From assembly GCA_031279835.1 (NCBI GenBank), contig JAITHV010000064.1, positions 1 through 45,740 of the forward strand: DNA of 45,740 nucleotides, read 5' to 3'. This stretch comes from Coriobacteriales bacterium. GTDB taxonomy: Bacteria; Actinomycetota; Coriobacteriia; Coriobacteriales; UBA8131. Made by a program: the position numbers and the translations under genes. Within the stretch, counting starts at the first letter, position 1. Every line of letters starts with the position of its first letter. This document shows positions 26,767-34,134 of this stretch, one piece after another. Below the pieces are notes generated by a model. That model was given only the letters and a program-made list of their open reading frames with translations. It searched no databases and was not told where the DNA came from.

Positions 26767-27812
26767 TATCCTCCTAACCTCGACAGCGCAGTGTAGCACA
26801 GTTCCGGGAACGCGCCTTCTCCTCCGCCGCCAAACACCCGTGCCTCCGCAGCGGACATAAGCTGCCTCTCGTGACCCCAGAACCGCTCGGTGCTGATCGC
26901 CGGCAACACGCCATAGACCTCGTTCACCGCATCGAGCATCTTCTCAGAATACGCCCGCAGCTGCAAAGCCGGAGCCTTGAGCAGCACGGCAACCCGGTAC
27001 AGGTGCGTTGCCCGAGACAACAAGGACACACGCCGCAGGAAGGCCTTGCGAGCAAAGCCAGCAACGCAGTCAGGCAAAGCGTCAACAGCGCACACGCACA
27101 GGCGGTGGTACTCGTCGTAGAAGCGCTGCGCATGGGCCATGTCTTTGAACTGCGAGTGCCCCTCCCCACTGCCGTTGAAGTGATAGAGGGCAACAGGGAA
27201 GTACTTCTTCGCGCCGCCTTGGGCCAAGAGCGGTATGACGTAGCCTGGCTCGTGCGAGCCGCGCGTATCGGTCACGTAACTTTGGGGCAGGCCGCAGGCA
27301 CGCAGGTACGAAGCGCGCGCCATATAGATCCAGACCGTGTTGCGGATTGACTTGCCGATAAGGAAGTGCTCGGGGGCGATATCATTGTCGTCGGCGGGCA
27401 GGTCGGTCGAGGGGTAGTGCCAGTATTCTCTGCCAGTGGCGCCCTGCTTGAAGTTGACGCCGCTGCAAATGGCGAGCTGGCAGTCCACATGGTCGTCAAG
27501 CCACTGCGCCATGGTGGAGAGGTACGCCGGGTCAAGCTCGTCGTCGGCGTCTATCATGCAGACGAAGTCGCCGCTCGCGCGCTCAAGGCCGGCCTTCGCC
27601 GCACCGCATACGCCGATGTTTTCTTGGTCGATGAGCGCTACCTCATAGCCACGGTCCGCAAAACGCGGAATATACTGCGCGATGATGTCCCTCGTGGCGT
27701 CGGTCGAGCCGTCGTTCACCAGCACGAGCTCTACGTTCTCCCAAGTCTGTGCCAACACAGTATCGAAGGTTGCCGCAATAAACCGCTCCTTGTTATAGCA
27801 CGGGATGACCAT
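26766..27812 (-). CDS. Family 2 glycosyltransferase
   Basis: Starts MVIPCYNKERFIAATFDTVLAQTWENVELVLVNDGSTDAT and has the DxD region MIDADDE. The ATG at 27812 was chosen because the longer ORF N-terminus overlaps tagD-2 in another frame. Confidence 0.85.
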   Translation of the reverse strand: MVIPCYNKERFIAATFDTVLAQTWENVELVLVNDGSTDATRDIIAQYIPRFADRGYEVALIDQENIGVCGAAKAGLERASGDFVCMIDADDELDPAYLSTMAQWLDDHVDCQLAICSGVNFKQGATGREYWHYPSTDLPADDNDIAPEHFLIGKSIRNTVWIYMARASYLRACGLPQSYVTDTRGSHEPGYVIPLLAQGGAKKYFPVALYHFNGSGEGHSQFKDMAHAQRFYDEYHRLCVCAVDALPDCVAGFARKAFLRRVSLLSRATHLYRVAVLLKAPALQLRAYSEKMLDAVNEVYGVLPAISTERFWGHERQLMSAAEARVFGGGGEGAFPELCYTALSRLGG

Positions 27813-27897
27813 GCTCACCTTGCCCTGTTGCCTCGGCCTCGTCACGTCAACACCCCTACGGGCATCAGAGGCAGAGACCTCTCCCTCGTCTTCGCGG

Positions 27898-28335
27898 TCA
27901 CTGGCCGAGCAGCTCTCTGAGCATGCTCGTCGAGACCTGGGGCGTGTAGGGAAAGAACACCAAATCAGCGCCGAGCCCCTTAAGCTCATCTTCCTCTTTG
28001 GCCCAGCCGTCCGCCGCGTGGTCGTCGCCGCTGAACATGGCGTCAAAGCGGTACTTCTCCCAGGCGTTGACCTTGTTGAGCAGGTGCCGGGTAGTGTAGT
28101 CCGCCTCGTCCACATAGCAGATGGCAGCGACGATCGCCAACCGGTCCGACTCGGGGATGACTGGCCGTCTCTTCTTGCAATACTCGATGGCCTCGTCGCT
28201 CAAGACCCCGACGATCAGCCGGCTGCAACGCTCTTTGGCGCGGCGCAACAGGTTGAGGTGCCCAACGTGAAACAGGTCAAACGACCCTGATACATAACCA
28301 ACGCCCCAATGCGCGTCTGTTTGGTCTGCAAACAT
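27898..28335 (-). CDS. tagD: Glycerol-3-phosphate cytidylyltransferase-like protein (TagD family), paralog 2
   Basis: Motif GYVSGSFDLFHVGHLNLLRRAKE, and C-terminal PYTPQVSTSMLRE, which resembles the RTEGISTT block of B. subtilis TagD. Confidence 0.88.
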   Translation of the reverse strand: MFADQTDAHWGVGYVSGSFDLFHVGHLNLLRRAKERCSRLIVGVLSDEAIEYCKKRRPVIPESDRLAIVAAICYVDEADYTTRHLLNKVNAWEKYRFDAMFSGDDHAADGWAKEEDELKGLGADLVFFPYTPQVSTSMLRELLGQ

Positions 28336-28512
28336 GCCTCCGGCTTTCTCTGGATCTTTGTTTCGCTATAATCTCATAGTATCGGTTGCCGTTTGGCGCC
28401 AATCCAACGAGGTCGGTTCCCTTTGGGTGCCGATCAACCCAAAATTGTATAGGAATGCGCATAGCTTAACATCCCGCAAGGGGTCTCAAGAGAAACCAAG
28501 TAAGGAAGCTGC

Positions 28513-29808
28513 ATGGAGAATACCAGGGTCTGTGTCATCGGCTGTGGGTACATAGGGCTGCCGACTGCGGCAGTCTTTGCCGACAAAGGCTGCGATGTGC
28601 TGGCGGTCGACATCAACGAGCGGATCGTCGACTCGATAAACCGTGGCGAGGCCTTTTTTAACGAGCCAGGCCTGTCTGAGCTGATCGAGCAGGCCGTCAA
28701 ATGTGGCCGGCTCAAGGCCTCAACGGCCCCCGAGCCCGCCGACGTGTTCATCATCGCCGTGCCGACCCCGTTCAAAGACGACGCCCTGAAGAGCTGCGAC
28801 CTCTCGAGCGTGCTCAAGGCCATCGAGTCGGTGCTGCCCTGCCTGCGACCAGGCAACGCGGTCATCATCGAGTCAACCATGGCACCGCGCTCGACCGAGG
28901 ACTACGTCGTCCCCCTCATTGCTGAGGCGGGCTTCGTGATCGGCTCCGACGTCTTTTTGGCCCACTGCCCTGAGCGTGTGCTTCCTACCAACATTATTTC
29001 TGAGCTGGTGAACAACGATCGCATCATCGGCGGCTACACCCCCGCTTGCGCCGATAAGGCAGCTGCTTTTTACCGAATCGTCTCAAAGGGCGCGATATTC
29101 ACGACTGAGGCTAAAACTGCCGAGATGGCCAAGTGTATCGAGAATGTATTTCGCGATCTTAATATTGCATTAGCTAATGAATTAGTGATTATATGTGATG
29201 AGCTCTCAATAAACTGCCTCGATGTGATAAGCCTCGCAAACCGGCACCCGCGCGTCAACATCCACGCCCCGGGGCCAGGCGTCGGCGGGCACTGCCTTGC
29301 GATAGACCCGTACTTCGTGAGCTCCAAGGCCCCCGACAAGGCGAACATCATCCGGCTGGCGCGGGCCACCAACGAGAGCATGCCAGGATTCGTGACGGCA
29401 AAGGCAAAAAAACTCCTGCTCGAACAAGGGCTCAGCATCAGCCACGCAAAAGTCGCGGTGCTCGGAGTCGCTTACAAGGGCAATGTGGACGACTGCCGCG
29501 AGAGTCCCGCACTCGACGTCATCTCGTCGCTTCAGAAGTCGGGCAGCGTCGTCGCGGTCTTTGACCCCCGCGTAAGCGAGTACGCAGTGCCGCTTGAGTC
29601 GGTGATGCAGGACGCATGCATCGCGATCGTGCTCACCGACCACGACGAGTTCAAGGAAGACGCCCTGCAGCCTTATGTGGGCATGATGCAGCACCCGCTG
29701 GTATTCGACACGCGCAACGTCGTTGGCCAGCTCGACGGGGCGCAGGTGGTCAACTTTGGCAATCTCTTTTCGGTTGCGCCTGCCGAACTCGAACAGGCAA
29801 AGAGATAA
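28513..29808 (+). CDS. wecC: UDP-N-acetyl-D-mannosamine dehydrogenase (WecC/Cap5O-like)
   Basis: Rossmann motif VCVIGCGYIGLPTAAVFA, catalytic region PGPGVGGHCL, and UDP-sugar dehydrogenase length and layout. AAGGAA lies 5 nt before the ATG. Confidence 0.9.
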   Translation: MENTRVCVIGCGYIGLPTAAVFADKGCDVLAVDINERIVDSINRGEAFFNEPGLSELIEQAVKCGRLKASTAPEPADVFIIAVPTPFKDDALKSCDLSSVLKAIESVLPCLRPGNAVIIESTMAPRSTEDYVVPLIAEAGFVIGSDVFLAHCPERVLPTNIISELVNNDRIIGGYTPACADKAAAFYRIVSKGAIFTTEAKTAEMAKCIENVFRDLNIALANELVIICDELSINCLDVISLANRHPRVNIHAPGPGVGGHCLAIDPYFVSSKAPDKANIIRLARATNESMPGFVTAKAKKLLLEQGLSISHAKVAVLGVAYKGNVDDCRESPALDVISSLQKSGSVVAVFDPRVSEYAVPLESVMQDACIAIVLTDHDEFKEDALQPYVGMMQHPLVFDTRNVVGQLDGAQVVNFGNLFSVAPAELEQAKR

Positions 29809-29817
29809 GGACGCGCA

Positions 29818-32214
29818 GTGGAGCACAGCGACGCCAACTTGTTCAGCGAAGAGTTCCGGGCGCTTATAGCGCAGATCCCTGACAGCAACGGGTCGGGCTA
29901 CTATGGGCGCTCAACGCTCAAGGTGGGCATCATTACTGACAACTTCGAGTATGAGACGCTCGCGTGCGCCCTCGACCTCACGTACCTCTCCCCTGCCACC
30001 TATGCCGCGCAGATTGCGGACGGGGGCTTTGACCTGGTCATGTACGTCAGCTGCTGGTTCGGCCTTAAAGACAACGAGTACTCCGGCCGCGAGGGAATCG
30101 ATGCCGCCATCGAGATACTGAACTATGCGAAGGACCAGCAAATACCAACGGTGTTCTACACGATTGAAGATACCTCGAACTACGGGGTCTTCATCGACGT
30201 TGCCAAGACCGCGAACTACATCTTCACCACCGCCCGCGAGAAGCTGCCCGACTACCGGCGCGACACGGGCAATCGCCACGTGCACGTCTTGGAGTTTGGC
30301 GTCAACCCACTCGTCCACAACCCCGTGGGGATGATGAGACGGGGCTGGCTTGCCCAGGGACGCCTTCGAAAGAACGTTCTGTTCGCTGGATCCTGGATGC
30401 AAAAGTACCCCAAGAGACAAGAGAGCATCTGCATGCTGTTTGACGGCGTGCTCGCCTCGACCATGCACGCGCTTCTGGTGCTTGACCGTAACTCTGGCCG
30501 TGCCAGCGCCAACTATCACTACCCAAGCAAGTACGAGCCGTACATTGCCCCTGCAATTGACTATCTGGAGCTGCAAAAGGCGTCCAAGCTCTTTGACTAC
30601 TCCTTGAACCTCAACAGCATCATCGACTCCGCCACCATGTGCTCGATGCGCACCTACGAGATGCAGGCACTCGGCGTGCTGCTCGTGTCTAATTATGCGC
30701 TCGCGCTCAGCAGAAGCTTCCCCGGCATCTTCACGCCGCTGTTTGCCGAGGAAGTGGGGCGCATCCTGGACGGCTACACCCCCGACGAGGTGCTGAGCAT
30801 GCAGCTCGAGGGCATCCGCGCGGTCTTTACGGGGCGCACCGTCTTCGACCGGCTCAACACGGTGTTCACAGCCGTCGGCCTTGGGGAGCGCTTCGTGGAG
30901 AAGGGGGTGCTCGTGCTCTGCGACGAGGCGACCGCGGAGGTGCGCGCCGACTTCGAGGCGCAGACCTATACGGCGCGCAGGCTCGTGGACCTCTCGGCGC
31001 CAGGGCCAGACGCCCTCGCCGCGCTGCCGTCCGAGGGCTACTGCGTCTACCTCGGGCCCGGCAGACACAGCCGCCACTTCCTGGAAGACCTCGTGAACGC
31101 CCACAAGTTCACCGACGTGGGCTACGCCTCCTTTGCCTCCTGGGAGGAGAAGGAGGGCGCCTACGAGTACGCCGAAGGCCCGGCCCCTGCCCGTGACGCG
31201 CTGTTCGACCTGCGACGCGCCTCAGTGAGTGAAATTGCCTCTGACCGGCCGCTTGCAGGGCTTATGGGCTTCAAGGTGCTCGCGCCGCGCTACGGCAGGG
31301 ACACCTCCGCCACGGAGAAGCGCCTGGCTCTTATTATTCCTGTGTACAACAACGGTGCCTATCTCAAGGGGCGCTCTTTTAGGAGCTTGCTGCGCAGCTC
31401 GGTGTTTGACCAGATGCGCGTGTACCTCATCGACGACGGCTCGACCGACGGGGTGACCCCCCAGGTAGTGGCAGAGATCGCCAAAGCCCACGACAATGTG
31501 GAGGCGGTTTACTTCGTCGACGGCGGCTCGGGCTCGGCGTCGAGGCCGCGCAACAAAGGCCTCGAGCTTGCCCAGGAGCCGCTCGTGACCTTCCTCGACC
31601 CCGACGACGAGGCCATAGGCGACGGCTACGCGCGACTGCTCGCTACTTTTGACGCCGAGCCTGGGCTCGCCTTCGTAACTGGTGGTACACACAAGCTCTA
31701 TGCCGACGCCTCGCATGCACCTGGCCTTAGCCCCGCAGACGGCCCGATACTCGACAGCCGCGCGTTCCTGCGTGACCGCAAGTTCATGCCGCTCAACTGC
31801 CAGACAATGATTGTTCGACGCGACTACCTCGCCGAGCACGACATCCGCTTTGTAGAAGGCGGCCTCGGAGAAGACACGCTCTTCTTTCAAGAACTGTGTG
31901 GCGCCTCTTCAGTAAAAGCCCATGGAATCGACGTACCATTCCAAGTGTATTTTGCGGATCGAGATGATAGTGCTGCAAGTAGTATTTCAGTATCGTTTTT
32001 TGAAAAACACCTCGCTACCGAGAAAGCGGCTGCCCTGTTTTTTCATAGGCATGAGTTATTGAATGATTATGTGAACTTACGTTTTGAGTATTATTTTAAA
32101 AGATGGTATCTTACTAAACTTTCTTTGCTCCCCATAGGCGAGATGCACGGTGGGCTAGCGATCCTCAATGAGATTCTTGAGTTATTCTCTTGTACAGCAG
32201 AGCATCATGTCTGA
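29818..32214 (+). CDS. Bifunctional glycosyltransferase: CgeB-like GT-B domain + GT2 domain (paralog 1)
   Basis: The N-terminal ~400 aa resemble the CgeB/DUF3880 + Glyco_trans_1_2 type (KVGIITDNFEYE..., FAGSW..., EMQALGVLLVSNY). The C-terminal GT2 part has LIIPVYNNGAYL ... LIDDGSTDG ... FLDPDDE ... GEDTLFF. The GTG start has AAGGA 7 nt upstream. Confidence 0.78.
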   Translation: MEHSDANLFSEEFRALIAQIPDSNGSGYYGRSTLKVGIITDNFEYETLACALDLTYLSPATYAAQIADGGFDLVMYVSCWFGLKDNEYSGREGIDAAIEILNYAKDQQIPTVFYTIEDTSNYGVFIDVAKTANYIFTTAREKLPDYRRDTGNRHVHVLEFGVNPLVHNPVGMMRRGWLAQGRLRKNVLFAGSWMQKYPKRQESICMLFDGVLASTMHALLVLDRNSGRASANYHYPSKYEPYIAPAIDYLELQKASKLFDYSLNLNSIIDSATMCSMRTYEMQALGVLLVSNYALALSRSFPGIFTPLFAEEVGRILDGYTPDEVLSMQLEGIRAVFTGRTVFDRLNTVFTAVGLGERFVEKGVLVLCDEATAEVRADFEAQTYTARRLVDLSAPGPDALAALPSEGYCVYLGPGRHSRHFLEDLVNAHKFTDVGYASFASWEEKEGAYEYAEGPAPARDALFDLRRASVSEIASDRPLAGLMGFKVLAPRYGRDTSATEKRLALIIPVYNNGAYLKGRSFRSLLRSSVFDQMRVYLIDDGSTDGVTPQVVAEIAKAHDNVEAVYFVDGGSGSASRPRNKGLELAQEPLVTFLDPDDEAIGDGYARLLATFDAEPGLAFVTGGTHKLYADASHAPGLSPADGPILDSRAFLRDRKFMPLNCQTMIVRRDYLAEHDIRFVEGGLGEDTLFFQELCGASSVKAHGIDVPFQVYFADRDDSAASSISVSFFEKHLATEKAAALFFHRHELLNDYVNLRFEYYFKRWYLTKLSLLPIGEMHGGLAILNEILELFSCTAEHHV
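30559..31660 (+). repeat. Dispersed direct repeat copy A (paralog core), matches 34885-35985
   Basis: The two ~1.1-kb segments align colinearly at roughly 85-90 % nt identity by eye, whereas the flanking parts of the same genes are far more diverged. Boundaries are approximate. Confidence 0.7.
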
Positions 32215-34102
32215 CCCAGAAATAATGTATAGCCTTGCTCTTATTGCAAGTGCCCAAACTGTCGGTGTAGATCCTTTCGAGGAATTGAGAAACGAGGGAT
32301 ACAACTCTATTGCAGTATACTCGTCGACCTATATAGGCCATATGATGCACTATTGGGCATCATACACGCGTAATTGGATTGACGTCTATACACCAAAAGC
32401 CTCGGTGGGACTTCAGATGAACTTTACGGTCGGACACTATCAAACGCTAGATTTATCCACAATAACTACACATAATTATGATATTTTACTCATTGACAAT
32501 TATGACTGGCCTATCGAAGGGGATCTTAAGGCGTTGCTAGGTGAGACACCCCTCCTTAACATTAATTCGTTTGTTAAAAAAATGTTTATTGAGAAAACAT
32601 ATTATTCCCCCATTCTTAAACTTGCCGCCAAACTCGCGGATCATAATAAGGTATTGGTCTGTTATGAGGCGACTGTCCTGTCATTAAAAAAACGCTACGG
32701 CGATTCTCTATCACCTCACGAGCAGCATGTCGCATGCTTCATGGATGAGTGGAGGGCACATCGCAGCGACCCAGAGTTTGATGACCCAATTTGGAAAGCA
32801 AACAAGTATACCGATGACTATGTTTTAGAATGTATTCCGGGTCCAGAGATACTACGCCACCCAAATGGACTCCAAGTATTGGCAAATCGGACAAGCAACT
32901 GTGTGAATGTAGTGAGCAATCATCGTCTGACAACCAATGTGCCAGACAGTTTTCAAGCTACTATCTGGGTTTTTGGCTCGAGCAAGGTCTTTGGGTCTGG
33001 CTCCGATGACAGTCACACTATTCCATCTTGTTTACAAAAGCTTATAAATAAAAGTAGTTATAACTATCGAGTTGTCAATTGCTCCAATTATGCCGGTGCC
33101 CCTGAAGCACAGCAGATTCGCCTGATGGAGACTCTCCCTATTCAGCCTAATGACATCACAGTATTCATGACTTGCAGAGAAGACCACTTTCTCCCCTTTG
33201 CTGGTCAAGTTCCCACCATCGACTTAAATGAAGTATTTCGTCGCCCCCACCAATTTGGTGAGGTGTTCTGGGACGATTCACATATGAATTCCAAAGGCAA
33301 CGAGATCGTTGCAGATGCGCTGTTTGCTGCTCTTATGAATAATGGCGCATTCTCCTTATGTGATGTTGACAGTGCAGCCAACTCCCGTGATAAGAATAGC
33401 GGCAATACCGATACAGAACATGCAGAAAGCAACAACACTGCCTTCTTCAATTTAGGCGAAGACATGTCTGGTTTAGAACAATACTTGGGCAAGCTTAAGC
33501 TTATACAAAAACCTATCGGCTCCGTTGTGATGAATTGTAATCCTTTTACCATGGGACATCGCTATCTAGTTGAGACAGCAGCAGGAAAAGTCGCACACCT
33601 CTATGTTTTTGTCGTTGAGGAAGACTCGTCATACTTTCCCTTTGCAACGCGAATAAAACTTGTCCAGGAGGGATTAGCGGACCTGCAAAACGTTACAGTC
33701 ATTCCTAGCGGCGAATTCATCATTTCTCTAAGGACTTTTGATGCGTATAGCCATAAAGACAAATTGCAAGATAAAGTTATAGATGCCTCGACAGACGTGC
33801 ATGTTTTTGGGAAATATATTGCTCCATCACTCGATATCACTGTGCGCTCTGTTGGCGATGAGCCAATAGATGCAGTCACCCGACAGTACAATGCGGCATT
33901 GCTCGATATTCTGCCACGATACGGAGTCGATTTGGTTGTCATTCCCCGCAAAGCCATGATGAATGAGCCAATAAGCGCGAGCAGGGTTAGAAGGCTGCTG
34001 AAAGAACGGGATTTCGCATCTATTAGCCTTCTTGTCCCTCAGACAACTCTTAACTACCTTCAGGAACACTATGGTCAGCAAACAAACAAACAAGACCCAT
34101 AG
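32168..34102 (+). CDS. Fusion protein: unknown N-domain + SGNH/GDSL-like domain + [citrate lyase] ligase (CitC)-like nucleotidyltransferase domain
   Basis: The C-terminal ~185 aa start VMNCNPFTMGHRYLVETAA, the CitC-type TxGH motif, and end ISASRVRRLL. The central region has GDSL-like block I (IWVFGSSKVFGSGSDDSHTIP) and block V (FWDDSHMNSKGNEIVA). An alternative ATG at 32207 overlaps the upstream stop (ATGTCTGA). Confidence 0.7.
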   Translation: MRFLSYSLVQQSIMSDPEIMYSLALIASAQTVGVDPFEELRNEGYNSIAVYSSTYIGHMMHYWASYTRNWIDVYTPKASVGLQMNFTVGHYQTLDLSTITTHNYDILLIDNYDWPIEGDLKALLGETPLLNINSFVKKMFIEKTYYSPILKLAAKLADHNKVLVCYEATVLSLKKRYGDSLSPHEQHVACFMDEWRAHRSDPEFDDPIWKANKYTDDYVLECIPGPEILRHPNGLQVLANRTSNCVNVVSNHRLTTNVPDSFQATIWVFGSSKVFGSGSDDSHTIPSCLQKLINKSSYNYRVVNCSNYAGAPEAQQIRLMETLPIQPNDITVFMTCREDHFLPFAGQVPTIDLNEVFRRPHQFGEVFWDDSHMNSKGNEIVADALFAALMNNGAFSLCDVDSAANSRDKNSGNTDTEHAESNNTAFFNLGEDMSGLEQYLGKLKLIQKPIGSVVMNCNPFTMGHRYLVETAAGKVAHLYVFVVEEDSSYFPFATRIKLVQEGLADLQNVTVIPSGEFIISLRTFDAYSHKDKLQDKVIDASTDVHVFGKYIAPSLDITVRSVGDEPIDAVTRQYNAALLDILPRYGVDLVVIPRKAMMNEPISASRVRRLLKERDFASISLLVPQTTLNYLQEHYGQQTNKQDP

Positions 34103-34134
34103 GCTTGAACAATTGAGGACAGGAGTTATGAGGA

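Noticed and set aside
27813-28115. N-terminal 101-aa extension of the GT2 ORF (26766-28115), and the similar upstream extensions of ORFs 8877-9314, 14775-15545 and 42588-43778.
   Set aside because: The extensions overlap well-supported neighbouring genes in other frames and have Arg/Thr/Ser-rich junk-like composition. Internal starts with Shine-Dalgarno sequences give proteins of canonical length.
28336-28512. Specific promoter calls in the divergent tagD-2/wecC intergenic region, for example a perfect TATAAT at 28367-28372.
   Set aside because: No acceptable -35 lies at the proper spacing and several alternative weak hexamers exist. Divergent promoters must be present here, but they cannot be placed from sequence alone.
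32571-32700. A7 homopolymer tracts, for example two in the SGNH/CitC-like gene and others at about 19637, 17927, 29407 and 8507, considered as phase-variation switches.
   Set aside because: Seven-nucleotide A/T runs are short for slipped-strand switching. They occur in housekeeping genes as well as accessory genes, and none sits near a start codon or shows evidence of a frameshifted state.
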